This document shows positions 38,260-47,853 of a stretch of 64,000 bases of DNA, piece by piece (positions within the stretch are counted from its first letter, which is position 1; each line of letters begins with the position of its first letter). Source of the stretch: Longimicrobiales bacterium (GTDB taxonomy: Bacteria; Gemmatimonadota; Gemmatimonadetes; Longimicrobiales; Gaopeijiaceae). The notes under the pieces were generated by a model. That model made no database searches. It saw nothing but the letters and a program-made list of their open reading frames with translations, and was not told the origin of the DNA. The stretch spans positions 3,296,001-3,360,000 of the forward strand of contig OZ241869.1 of assembly GCA_965202805.1 (NCBI GenBank), read 5' to 3'. A program made the position numbers and the translations under genes.

Positions 38260-39236
38260 TTCACGCTCCCGGCAGGGGGTTTCTTCGCCAGGAAGCGCTC
38301 GACGATGCGCTCCCGGCCGCGCAACGGCGCTCCCGTCCCGCCGCGCCGCTCGAGGATCATCTCCCCCAGGACGCTCACCGCGATCTCGGCCGGCGTCTGC
38401 GCGCCGATGTCCAGGCCCACCGGAGCCCGCACGCGGGCGATGACATCGTGAGGGATGCCCTCCGCCTCCAGCTGCACGAAGGTTGCGCGCACGCGGCGGC
38501 GGCTGCCGATCATGCCGATGTAGGCCGGTGTCGCCTCACCGTGGCGGGCGAGCAGTCGGCGCAGGCACTCGTAGTCGTACTTGTGCCCGCGCGTCACCAG
38601 CACGAAATGGCACCCGGCGTGGACATCGATGCCGGAGAGGGGATCGGCGAAGTCGATGGTGCGCACGGCGGCGGCTTCCGGAAACCGCTCGCGGGTGGCG
38701 AACTCGGGGCGGTCGTCCAGCACGGTGACCTCGAAGTCGAGCAGGGTGCCCAGGGTGGCGAGCGGTTGGGCGATGTGGCCGGCGCCCACGACGATGAGCT
38801 CCTGGCGGGGGCGGTGGCCCTCCACGTACACCTGCAGACGCCGGCCCGCCGGCGTCTGCAGGTTGTGGAGGGACCCGCCGGGCCCGTGCGCCAGCCGTTC
38901 GCGGGTCGCGACGGCCAGCGCGGCCGCGTCCAGTTCGGGGTCGCCGAGCGATCCCTCGACCGCGTCCGGGCGCACCAGCATGCGGGCGCCCGCCGCCCGC
39001 CCGTCACTGTCCGAGACCACCAGCAGCTCGACCGTGCCCCGCGACCCGCGCAGCGACTCGAGGATGCGGGCGGCCGCGGTCGTCGCGTCGGGCGTCGCGA
39101 GATCGGGCTCGCCGGACGTGGGCGGGCCGGGCTCGCCGGGCGGCGCCGCGGGCGTCCGGTCGCGGTCGCCGGAAGCGCCCGCTACGTCGACGGGCGATCC
39201 GGAGGTCATGCCGTCGGGCCCAGACCGCTCGGGCAT
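38256..39236 (-). CDS. xdhC: XdhC family molybdoenzyme maturation factor
   Basis: VGAGHIA, DDRPEFA, VTRGHKYD, YIGMIGSRRR, APVGLDIGAQTPAEIAVS. Confidence 0.88.
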   Translation of the reverse strand: MPERSGPDGMTSGSPVDVAGASGDRDRTPAAPPGEPGPPTSGEPDLATPDATTAAARILESLRGSRGTVELLVVSDSDGRAAGARMLVRPDAVEGSLGDPELDAAALAVATRERLAHGPGGSLHNLQTPAGRRLQVYVEGHRPRQELIVVGAGHIAQPLATLGTLLDFEVTVLDDRPEFATRERFPEAAAVRTIDFADPLSGIDVHAGCHFVLVTRGHKYDYECLRRLLARHGEATPAYIGMIGSRRRVRATFVQLEAEGIPHDVIARVRAPVGLDIGAQTPAEIAVSVLGEMILERRGGTGAPLRGRERIVERFLAKKPPAGSVK

Positions 39237-39238
39237 GG

Positions 39239-39838
39239 TCACGCCACCTGGAAGTGGCTGCGGTACTCGGCGGGCGTGTCGATGTCCGCGACCACGCCCG
39301 CGTCTTCCACCACGCACTCGCGGACGCGGCCGGGGCGCCGCCGCACCACCGTGCGGGCCCCCTCGGGAAGGTCGGGGTCGAGAAGTTCGGCGAACAGGCG
39401 GCGGTGGAAGATGGCCGGGTGGCCGCGCCGGCCGCGCCAGGTCGGGATGACGATGTCGGTCGACCCCTCGTGGAAGCACGCCGCCAGCGACCGCACCGTG
39501 GCGCCCCTCACCAGCGGATGATCGACCGGGCAGATGGCGCATCCGTCCATCCCGCCGCCCCACCCCGCCAGCGCCAGCCGGATGGACGAGATGGGCCCTT
39601 CGTCGGGATCGGGGTTGGCTGCCACCACGGCGCCGGCCGCTTCCGCTTCCGCCGCCACGGCGCCGGCCGCCTCTCTCGCGACCACCACGACCGGGCCGCA
39701 CCCGCCCGCCGCCAGGGCGGACACGACACGCACCAGAAAGGACTGTCCACCCGCATCGAGAAGCGCCTTGGCGCTTCCCATGCGGGTGGACAGTCCGCAG
39801 GCGGGGACTACGCCCAGCAACCTCGATGGACGATCCAC
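39239..39838 (-). CDS. mocA: Molybdenum cofactor cytidylyltransferase-like NTP transferase
   Basis: ACGLSTRMGSAKALL, PVDHP, RRGHP, DIDTPAEY; adjacent to xdhC. Confidence 0.82.
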   Translation of the reverse strand: MDRPSRLLGVVPACGLSTRMGSAKALLDAGGQSFLVRVVSALAAGGCGPVVVVAREAAGAVAAEAEAAGAVVAANPDPDEGPISSIRLALAGWGGGMDGCAICPVDHPLVRGATVRSLAACFHEGSTDIVIPTWRGRRGHPAIFHRRLFAELLDPDLPEGARTVVRRRPGRVRECVVEDAGVVADIDTPAEYRSHFQVA

Positions 39839-39887
39839 GAGACCGGGTGCCGGCCCGGGTGGCCGGACGGGCGCCCGGGCCGGCCGG

Positions 39888-40655
39888 TCAGAGGATGGGG
39901 CGGACCTGTGCGTTGCTCTCGTCGAGCGTGAACGCCACCGGCTCGCCTTCCACCATGAGGGGGACGTTCCAGTAGAGTTCGTCGAAGGAGCGCTCCCAGC
40001 GCGCGTACACCCAGTATTGCCCCGCGGGCGCGGCCAGGAGCGCGCTGCCCGAAGCGTCGGTGGTGTCCACGACCGGGTCGAGGCCGCTCACGTCGATCAT
40101 GAACTGGGACACCGTGCCGTATTCCGCGAACGCCTCGTCTCCCCACATCTCGCGCAGCATCCTGACCTGGTCGGCCTGCTCGATCATGGAACCCTGGATG
40201 GAGGTGAACTCCTCGAAGGCGGCGTCGCGCTGGCGCTCGACCTGGGCGAGTCGCTGCTCCTTCTCGTCGAACTCCATGAACAGCACCCGGTACTGGGCTT
40301 CGGCCGGATTCAGCCGCTCCATCTCCGTGCTGAGGTTCAGGAGATCCTCCCGCAGCAGCGACCACTCGCTTTCCAGGCTCTGCCATTCCCCCTGCGCCGC
40401 GGCGACCTGGTTCTGGGCCTCGAGCAGATCCGGTGGAATCTCCGGCTCGGGCGCGTCGGCCTCGCCCGCCAGAGAGTCGAAGATCGCGTCACGGTCGAAC
40501 GGAAGAAGCTGGACTTCCATGTCGGCCAACGGTCGCATCTCCGTGCCCTCGGCTCCGGTGACCTCCATCTGCGCATTGATCGTGACCTCGGTCGGCCCGC
40601 ATGCCGCGGAGGCGATCGTGCCGGCGAGAGCGAGGAAAAGGATTCCGTTCCGCAT
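39888..40655 (-). CDS. Hypothetical coiled-coil lipoprotein
   Basis: Lipobox SAAC; long Glu/Gln-rich helical insert within a transthyretin-like beta domain (DTTDASGSA..APAGQYWV). Confidence 0.75.
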   Translation of the reverse strand: MRNGILFLALAGTIASAACGPTEVTINAQMEVTGAEGTEMRPLADMEVQLLPFDRDAIFDSLAGEADAPEPEIPPDLLEAQNQVAAAQGEWQSLESEWSLLREDLLNLSTEMERLNPAEAQYRVLFMEFDEKEQRLAQVERQRDAAFEEFTSIQGSMIEQADQVRMLREMWGDEAFAEYGTVSQFMIDVSGLDPVVDTTDASGSALLAAPAGQYWVYARWERSFDELYWNVPLMVEGEPVAFTLDESNAQVRPIL

Positions 40656-40769
40656 GGTGCAGTTACTCCAGGCTATCACGTTGAAACTTCCGAGCTGGCT
40701 CCTTCCGGCTCGCATGCACATCCCTGCCATGTAATCGGGCCGCAAAGTAACTGTCCCCATGCCCTTGCA

Positions 40770-42047
40770 TCAAGACGGCGGCTCCCCTGGCCCGTAGACC
40801 AGCACGCGCGGTTCTCCCAGATCGGCTGCCGCCCGCTGGACCTCCTCGGAAGACAGACCCTGCAGGGGCGCGAGCAGTTCCCCCGGCCCGCCGTCCGTCG
40901 CCTCGATGAGCAGCCGGCGGCCTTCGCGCCCGGGCTCCGCGAGTTCGAGCGTCCTCGCGGACCGAAACCGCCGGTGCTGCATGTACAGGTCGTCCAGGGG
41001 GAGGGTTCCGGCGGACAGGCGCTCCACAATGTCGACGATACGTTGCTCCCAGGCTCGCACGGTCGGCCACTGGGCGGCGATCGTCACCTGAAGAACGGGC
41101 CCTCCGGGGAGCTCCCGCACTTCAGCCCGCCGGCTGATCAGCCCCGGGGCGGGCGGGTCGATAACGATCAGCTCCCCGATCAGGTGAGCCAGGAACTCCA
41201 TCGGCCGGCGCGGGCTGTCACCCGAAAACGGATAGGCGGCCAGGATCCAGTTGTTCGTGATGTCGTCGGCGACCGAAGTGCGCCCGCCCGTCTCCCACGT
41301 CCACCTCGAGGCACGCAGAGCCAGGGGCGCGCCCTCGATCACCCAGCCTTGCTCGCCGGGCCGTGCAATCGTCCGGTGCGCGCCGACGACGGATGCTCCC
41401 TCGGCGGGTGCGACCCCGCCAACCACCGCCACGCGCGCCCGGTCCAGCCGGTAGATGCGCGCCCGCGTCGCCTCCAGGGCCTCGACCGTCATGCCGCGCA
41501 CGCTGGACGCCGTTCCCATGGGAGCACGGGCCCGCCCCGCCCCGAGAAGCATCCGCTGAGCCTCCAGTTCGAACGCGCGCACGGGCGCGTCGCGCTGGAA
41601 GAACACCTGGCCGGACAGGTCGGCGCGCGCCTCTGCAGCCAGTGCCGGATCGAGCGGATCCGTGAGCAGCGTGCGGGTGAGGATTCGGTACGCCGCCGCC
41701 CAGTCGCTCGATGTGGTCCGCAGGGTGACCCAGGTGCGGTCGCCTTCCACTTCGATGTCCGCGGCCGCGCCCGTTGCCGCGAGATTGGCGCGGGCGGCCC
41801 GCTCGAGCACCAGGCCCAGAAGCCAGGCGGTTCCCTCGGCCCCGGGCGCGTCGTCGCCGTATCCGCCGGCGAAGGAGAGGGTGACGGTGACGGCGGAGGT
41901 CCAGGGCCGCTCGCTCACCGCCAGGAGTTCCAGCGTGTCCGGGACCGTCCGGGCGTGCGGCGCAGCCTCCGCGGGCGCGGCGTGCAGCAGGATCGCCCAG
42001 AACGCCGTCCACGCGAGCCGCCGCGTCGGAGGGCGTGAAATCGCCAT
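40770..42047 (-). CDS. Degenerate M16 (insulinase-like) fold protein
   Basis: Signal peptide; GYGDD..EGTAWLL in place of HxxEH; PMGTASSVRGMT..LEA and ARVAVVG, as in the M16 N-domain. Confidence 0.65.
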   Translation of the reverse strand: MAISRPPTRRLAWTAFWAILLHAAPAEAAPHARTVPDTLELLAVSERPWTSAVTVTLSFAGGYGDDAPGAEGTAWLLGLVLERAARANLAATGAAADIEVEGDRTWVTLRTTSSDWAAAYRILTRTLLTDPLDPALAAEARADLSGQVFFQRDAPVRAFELEAQRMLLGAGRARAPMGTASSVRGMTVEALEATRARIYRLDRARVAVVGGVAPAEGASVVGAHRTIARPGEQGWVIEGAPLALRASRWTWETGGRTSVADDITNNWILAAYPFSGDSPRRPMEFLAHLIGELIVIDPPAPGLISRRAEVRELPGGPVLQVTIAAQWPTVRAWEQRIVDIVERLSAGTLPLDDLYMQHRRFRSARTLELAEPGREGRRLLIEATDGGPGELLAPLQGLSSEEVQRAAADLGEPRVLVYGPGEPPS

Positions 42048-43234
42048 CAGTCGCCGACCTCGGCGGTAATGGCCTCCGTCGCGGCGATTTCCTCGAGGAA
42101 CGCGGCCATGTCCTCGAAATCGATCTCCTCGAGCCGCCGCAGATAGTCCCCCGCGGCATCGGCATCGCCCGTGGCGTCCAGATGCCGCCCGATGACTTCC
42201 GCGAGCCCCGCCGGCGAGCGCGTCTCCAGGAGCAGCTCGGAGCGGAGCGATGACCTCGCGTGGCGCACAACGGTCGGGCTCAGTGCCGCCCGCAGGTCAC
42301 CGATGTAGCCTCGAATGCGGGCGCGCATCGTCGTCGCATTGCGGGAAAAGGCCGCCGCCGTCAGCACCAGCCAGGACCGCTCCCCCAACTCCCACCGCTC
42401 GAGATGGGGTTCAAACTCGCCGCCGAACTCCTGAAGGTGGTCGTTCGCGAGGTGCGCGAGCAGGGCGGAGCGCGGATCCCGCGCGTTTCCCGACGGATAT
42501 GCCGTCCCGTACCAGATCCGGATTCGCTCGGGTCTGGGAGCTGTGGATCTTCTCGTCGCCGCTTCCGGGAGCCCGCCCGTCTCCGGCGCCGGCCCCGCCT
42601 CCCCCAGCTCCGAGAGGGCCGAGAACACGGCCTCCAGCGGCAGGTCGGCGACCACGACCACCGAGAGGTTGCCACGACGGTGCGACGCCCGCCAGCGTTC
42701 CACCAGCCGGGCCGGGTGCAGCGCCGCCAGCGACGCGAGGGACCCGGTCACCGACGGAATCGGTGAAGCCATGCGTGAGCGCAACCGGAACCGGAGCGTG
42801 CCCCGGGCGGTTTCCCGCTCTTCCCGGTTCATGCGCTCAAGGCGCGTTCGAGCCGCGACGAAACCGGGCGAAACCGGGCGAGCCACCAACTCGCGCGCAA
42901 CGCCGGCAAGCTGGTCGAAGTCCGCGACCGCGCCGTTCAGCCGATAGACGAGTCCGGAAGAGGTGCGGTGCGCCAGGACTTCGATCCCCAGCATCTCCCT
43001 GAACCTCCGAACGCGCTCCAGCGCCAGAAGCTGGATGAGGTATCCGGCTCCGGCGTCGGAATCGGATTCGACGAAGGGCACCGTGATGCGGATCGCCGCC
43101 GCCCGCGAGCCGGTGGCTTCGACGAAGGCGACGGTCGGGCCGTCAGGCGGACGGAGGATCGTGTCGGGGCGGAGCGACTCGGGGTCGGAGATGGCGCTCA
43201 GAAGCGCGACCCCGGCGAGAAAAGCGGCCGTCAC
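42047..43234 (-). CDS. Second degenerate M16-fold protein
   Basis: GAGYLIQ in place of HxxEH; GSLASLAAL..W..HRRGNLSVVVVAD; C-terminal YLRRLEEIDFEDM. Confidence 0.6.
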   Translation of the reverse strand: MTAAFLAGVALLSAISDPESLRPDTILRPPDGPTVAFVEATGSRAAAIRITVPFVESDSDAGAGYLIQLLALERVRRFREMLGIEVLAHRTSSGLVYRLNGAVADFDQLAGVARELVARPVSPGFVAARTRLERMNREERETARGTLRFRLRSRMASPIPSVTGSLASLAALHPARLVERWRASHRRGNLSVVVVADLPLEAVFSALSELGEAGPAPETGGLPEAATRRSTAPRPERIRIWYGTAYPSGNARDPRSALLAHLANDHLQEFGGEFEPHLERWELGERSWLVLTAAAFSRNATTMRARIRGYIGDLRAALSPTVVRHARSSLRSELLLETRSPAGLAEVIGRHLDATGDADAAGDYLRRLEEIDFEDMAAFLEEIAATEAITAEVGD

Positions 43235-43249
43235 CTGCCTTGGGCCGGA

Positions 43250-44188
43250 TCAGGGAATGACGTCGATTACGAAACGGTACGGATCGATCGGTCTTCCGTT
43301 CTGGCGCACCTCGTAGTGGACATGCGGAGCCGTCGTGATTCCGGTCCTCCCGACCAGCGCGATCACCTCGCCGCGCTCCACCTCCTGACCTTCTCGCACC
43401 AGGATCTGGCTCGCATGGCCGTACAGGGTCTCGTACCCGAAGCCGTGCTCGATGAGCACGGTCAGGCCGTACCCTTTCCGGCTACCGGTGTCGGTCACCC
43501 TGCCCTTGGCCGTCGCCACGATGGGCGAGCCCGCGGCGGCGGAGATGTCTATGCCCTCGTGCGGGAGCGGAAGGTGGTGCACCGGATGCATGCGGGAGGG
43601 GGAGAAGCGGCTGGAGATGTAGCCGCGGGCCGGAAGGATGGAGGGAAACGACTCCAGCCAGTCGCGATGCCGGTTCAGGGAATCCGCGGCCTCGGAAAGG
43701 CTGGTGCCGAGCAAACGCACCCGGCGCTGGAGCGCCTTCAGATCGAAGGATGTCGCAAAGGCGTCCTTGGAATACAGCGAGTCGAGGCCCCACAGAGGGT
43801 GCGATCGGGGCGTGCTGGTCCCGGGCCCACCGACACCCGCCTGGAGAACCTCGGCGTCGATGGATTCCAGGCCGGCCAGAGCGCGGGTCCGCGCATTCTG
43901 TTCCGTCAGGGATTCGACCGCGCCCTCCAGACCTGCGAGCTCCTGCCGGATGCCGGCCAGTTCGTCGGCCATGACCTGGTTCTTCGCGGCCAGCTGGCGT
44001 GCCTGCATCCGGTGCGCCCCCCCGGAGGCGACGAAGAGCGCAGCCGCCAGGAGAACGGCGAAGACGCCGAGCACGGACAGGATGAGCCTGGGCGAGGCTT
44101 CGAACTGCCGGTGCCGCCCGCCGTTGGACGGCACAAGGAGGATTGAGAACCTGGTCTTCAGCTTGGCGCCGAGGGATTTGTTTGGCAT
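43250..44188 (-). CDS. M23 family metallopeptidase (cell-wall endopeptidase)
   Basis: TM plus coiled coil; HEGIDI, YGH, TAPHVHYEV. Confidence 0.93.
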   Translation of the reverse strand: MPNKSLGAKLKTRFSILLVPSNGGRHRQFEASPRLILSVLGVFAVLLAAALFVASGGAHRMQARQLAAKNQVMADELAGIRQELAGLEGAVESLTEQNARTRALAGLESIDAEVLQAGVGGPGTSTPRSHPLWGLDSLYSKDAFATSFDLKALQRRVRLLGTSLSEAADSLNRHRDWLESFPSILPARGYISSRFSPSRMHPVHHLPLPHEGIDISAAAGSPIVATAKGRVTDTGSRKGYGLTVLIEHGFGYETLYGHASQILVREGQEVERGEVIALVGRTGITTAPHVHYEVRQNGRPIDPYRFVIDVIP

Positions 44189-44271
44189 ACCTCAGGAGCG
44201 GTCGAGGGCCGGGGGCTTACGGCAGAAGGAAAACGACGGTCGTGCAACCTATCCGGGCCCGCCGCGGGACG

Positions 44272-45816
44272 TCAACCCGAAGGCAGCCGTACCCGCGGGA
44301 AGAGGGGGTCGCTGCGCGTCACGGCTCTTCCAGCCAGAGGGGCGTCGAAGGCCCGGTCCAGAGTGGGAACCCGGACGAAGCCCAAGGTTCCCGCCAGCGC
44401 GTTCATCTTCGCGGGCATGACCGGCTCCAGGAGTGCCGTGAGCACCGTCAGGCAGCGCGCGAGCGAGACCAGGGTCTCGTCGAGATCCCGCGCACGCCCC
44501 GGGTCCTTCGCCTGCGCCCACGGCTCCCGCTCCTCCACGTATCGGTTCGCGTGCCGCGCGAGTTCCATGGCCGCGGCCAGGGCGCGATGCAGGCGGAGGC
44601 TGTCCATGAACTCCCGGTAGCGGCGAAGCGCTGCCGCGGTCTCTGCAGCCAGTCCCTGTCCGGCGACGTCGGGCAGCACGCCGTCCCGGTAGCGCGCGAT
44701 CATCGACGTCACCCGGCTGGCGAGGTTTCCCAGAACGTTGGACAGCTCGTCGTAGCGGGTGAGGAAGCGCTCGGGCGTGTATGAGGCGTCGCTGCCGGTA
44801 GGCATCTCGCGCAGCAGGTACCAGCGTACCGCGTCGACCCCGTGGGTCGCGATCAGGGCGAGAGGGTCCACCACGTTCTGCAGCGACTTCGACATCTTGG
44901 TCTCGCCGACGAGCCACCATCCGTGGGCGAGGATGTGCCGCGGCAACTCGACGCCGCACGCCATCAGGATGGTGGGCCAGTACACCGCGTGGGTGGTGAG
45001 GATGTCCTTGCCCATCACGTGCAGGTCGGCCGGCCACCACGACTCGGCGGGCGTGTCGAATCCCTGCTCGTGCGGCGGGGCTTCGGGGGCGATGGCGCCC
45101 GATGCGGTCACGTAGTTGATGAGCGCGTCAACCCAGACGTAGCAGACGTGCTCGGGGTCGAAGGGCAGGGGAATGCCCCAGCTCACGCGGCTCCGTGGAC
45201 GGGAGATCGAGAGGTCCTCGAGCGGCTGCTGGAGAAATCCGAGCACCTCGTTGCGCCGCACGGCCGGAATGATCCAGTCGGGATTGGCCTCGATGTGGCG
45301 CACCAGCCGTTCCTGGTAGGCGCTCATGCGGAAGAAGTAGTTGACCTCCTCGATCTGGCGTACCGGCCGCCCGCAGTCGGGGCAGGTTTTGCCGGGCCCC
45401 AGGTCCTTCTCCGTCCAGTAGCGTTCATCGTGGATGCAGTACCATCCGAAGTAGTGGTCCTTGTAGATGTGCCCCTGGTCGTGGAGCCGCTGCAGGAAGG
45501 CGGTGACGACGGCGATGTGGTCGGCCTCGGTGGTGCGGATGAAGCGGTCGAAGGAGATGTCGAGTTCGTCCCACGCCTCGCGGAAGCGGCCCGCCATGCG
45601 GTCGCACAGGTCGATCGGGGTCAGGCCGCGCCGGGCCGCCTCCTCGGCGATCTTGGGACCGTGTTCGTCGGTGCCGGTGAGGAACCTCACCTCGGCCCCC
45701 GTCTGCCGGTGAAAGCGGGCCAGCACGTCGGTGAGAATGGTGGTGTAGGCGTGCCCGATGTGGGGTTCGCCGGACGCGTAGTAGATCGGCGTCGTCAGGT
45801 AGCGGCGTCGGCTCAT
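44272..45816 (-). CDS. metG: Methionine--tRNA ligase (short form without the C-terminal dimerisation domain)
   Basis: TTPIYY, HIGH, GTDEHG, YVWVDAL, KMSKS. Confidence 0.97.
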   Translation of the reverse strand: MSRRRYLTTPIYYASGEPHIGHAYTTILTDVLARFHRQTGAEVRFLTGTDEHGPKIAEEAARRGLTPIDLCDRMAGRFREAWDELDISFDRFIRTTEADHIAVVTAFLQRLHDQGHIYKDHYFGWYCIHDERYWTEKDLGPGKTCPDCGRPVRQIEEVNYFFRMSAYQERLVRHIEANPDWIIPAVRRNEVLGFLQQPLEDLSISRPRSRVSWGIPLPFDPEHVCYVWVDALINYVTASGAIAPEAPPHEQGFDTPAESWWPADLHVMGKDILTTHAVYWPTILMACGVELPRHILAHGWWLVGETKMSKSLQNVVDPLALIATHGVDAVRWYLLREMPTGSDASYTPERFLTRYDELSNVLGNLASRVTSMIARYRDGVLPDVAGQGLAAETAAALRRYREFMDSLRLHRALAAAMELARHANRYVEEREPWAQAKDPGRARDLDETLVSLARCLTVLTALLEPVMPAKMNALAGTLGFVRVPTLDRAFDAPLAGRAVTRSDPLFPRVRLPSG

Positions 45817-45823
45817 GTCCGGG

Positions 45824-46672
45824 TCAGTTGGAGCGTTTCCCCCGGGGAACCCTGGACACCTCCTTCTTGAGCTCCTTCAGCGCCACCTTGCGGCGGGCTC
45901 CGTCGTTGGCCAGAAGGGTGACCGTCTCGCTCCAGATGTCCACCGCGACCACCTTCTCCCTGCCCAGCGAGGTCTTCACCGATCTTCCCTCGCGCGGGAA
46001 GCGCCTGCGCGCGCGGACGTACGCATCGTGCTCGTACTTGAGGCAGCACATGAGACGGCCGCAGCATCCGGAGATCTGCGACGGGTTGAGGGACAGCCGC
46101 TGATCCTTCGCCAACTGAAGGCTCACCGGGCGCAGGGAGGGAAGCCAGGTCGAGCAGCACAGTTCGCGGCCACAGCGGCCGACGCCTCCAAGCATCGCGG
46201 CCTCGTCGCGCACGCCGATCTGGCGCAGCTCGATGCGGGTGCGGAAGGTACGGGCCAGATCACGTACCAGGGCCCGGAAGTCGACCCGCCGCTCGGCCGT
46301 GAAGTAGATGATCAGCTTCTTGCGGTCGAACTGCCACTCCGCCTCGGTGACCTTCATCTTCAGCCTGTGGCCGGTCACCTTGTCGCGCGCCAGCGCGCGC
46401 ACCCGATCTTCGTCGGTGCGCAGCCAGCCCACATGCCGGATCTCGTCGGCGAGGGCCTGCCTCAGGACCTTCCGGGACGGTTCCGGCGTGGCGCATCCGC
46501 CGGAGGTGCCGCATTTCCGTTCGGCGATGGCGCCGAGCGCGCTCACCCGGCCGAGATCGCGGCCGCGCTCGGCTTCCACCATCACCCAGCTGCCCGGCTG
46601 AAGCGTCCCGGGCTGGCAGGTGAAGTAGTCCTTGCGCGTTCCCTTGAACCGGACTTCCGCGAACTCTGGCAT
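45824..46672 (-). CDS. PSP1-domain / RicT (YaaT)-like Fe-S protein
   Basis: FTAERRVDFRALV, RIELRQIGVRDEA, CGRELCC, CCGRLMCCLKYE. Confidence 0.92.
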   Translation of the reverse strand: MPEFAEVRFKGTRKDYFTCQPGTLQPGSWVMVEAERGRDLGRVSALGAIAERKCGTSGGCATPEPSRKVLRQALADEIRHVGWLRTDEDRVRALARDKVTGHRLKMKVTEAEWQFDRKKLIIYFTAERRVDFRALVRDLARTFRTRIELRQIGVRDEAAMLGGVGRCGRELCCSTWLPSLRPVSLQLAKDQRLSLNPSQISGCCGRLMCCLKYEHDAYVRARRRFPREGRSVKTSLGREKVVAVDIWSETVTLLANDGARRKVALKELKKEVSRVPRGKRSN

Positions 46673-46701
46673 CTATTCTCGAACCCGGGCGGGGTATGTC
46701 C

Positions 46702-47736
46702 TCAGCCGCCAGCTCCCATGCTTCTGCCGCTCTCCGCGTCGAGTCGGGGCCCCGTGAACCCGGACTCTTCGATCGCCTTCCCGGCCCAGTCCCCGATCGT
46801 CTCGTACTTGGCCCAGCGCCGTGACAGCAATTCGTCGCTGTCGAGCACGGTCAGCTCGGCCAGGTGCCGCTTGAGTGTCCTGGCAACGCTCCTCGAGGCG
46901 GCCTCCCAGTCGGAGTGGGCGCCGCCGACCGGTTCCGCGATGATGTCGTCCGCCACGCCCAGCCCGAGCAGATCGCTCGAGGTCAGGCGCAACGCCTCGG
47001 CGGCCTTCTCGCGGTGGTCCCGCGACCGCCAGAGGATGGCGGCGCACCCTTCCGGGGAGATGACCGAATACACGGCGTGCTCCAGCATGAGGATGCGGTC
47101 GGTCACCCCGATGCCGAGCGCGCCGCCGGACATGCCCTCGCCGATGACTACGGAGATGGTAGGGACCCGCAGTGCCGCCATCTCGCGGAGGTTGCGGGCG
47201 ATGGCCTCGCCGATGCCGCGCTCCTCGGAGCCGAGTCCGGGGTACGCCCCGGGGGTGTCGATGACGGTGACGACCGGGCGCCCGAACTTTTCTGCCATCT
47301 TCATCAGGCGCAGCGCCTTGCGGTATCCTTCCGGGTGGGGCATGCCGAAGTTGCGGCGCAGGTTCTCCTTCATGGCCCGGCCCTTCTGCTGGCCGATGAC
47401 CATCAGGGACTGTCCGTCCAGGCACGCCCAGCCCGCCACGATGGCCTGGTCGTCCCGATAGCTCCGGTCGCCGTGAAGCTCGATCCAGTCGGTGAAGAGG
47501 CGCTCCACATAATCGAGCATGTACGGGCGGTTGGGATGGCGCGCCACCTGCACGCGCTCCATCGGGGCGAGGTTCCGGTAGGTCTCCTCGGTCATGGCCG
47601 CGAGCCGGCTGCGAAGGACCTCGATTTCCCGCACCACGTCGATGCCCTTCTCGTCCGCCAGCGCGCGAAGACCGTCGATCTGCTGCTGCAGTTCGGCGAT
47701 GTCGCGCTCAAACCTGAGATGTGTGGTCCCGGCCAA
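46702..47736 (-). CDS. accA: Acetyl-CoA carboxylase carboxyltransferase alpha subunit
   Basis: ARHPNRP, LHGDR, FGMPHPEGYRKA, DTPGAYPG, YSVISPEGCAAILW. Confidence 0.97.
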   Translation of the reverse strand: MAGTTHLRFERDIAELQQQIDGLRALADEKGIDVVREIEVLRSRLAAMTEETYRNLAPMERVQVARHPNRPYMLDYVERLFTDWIELHGDRSYRDDQAIVAGWACLDGQSLMVIGQQKGRAMKENLRRNFGMPHPEGYRKALRLMKMAEKFGRPVVTVIDTPGAYPGLGSEERGIGEAIARNLREMAALRVPTISVVIGEGMSGGALGIGVTDRILMLEHAVYSVISPEGCAAILWRSRDHREKAAEALRLTSSDLLGLGVADDIIAEPVGGAHSDWEAASRSVARTLKRHLAELTVLDSDELLSRRWAKYETIGDWAGKAIEESGFTGPRLDAESGRSMGAGG

Positions 47737-47853
47737 GAGCCGTCTCCATTCATTTCATGTTCGCCTTCGCGATGGACAAGGCGGAAACTGCCATGGTCGC
47801 GCATCCGGGCCGCGAATACAAGTGTTTACAGCTTCGGCCCGGGGCTCGGCCCG

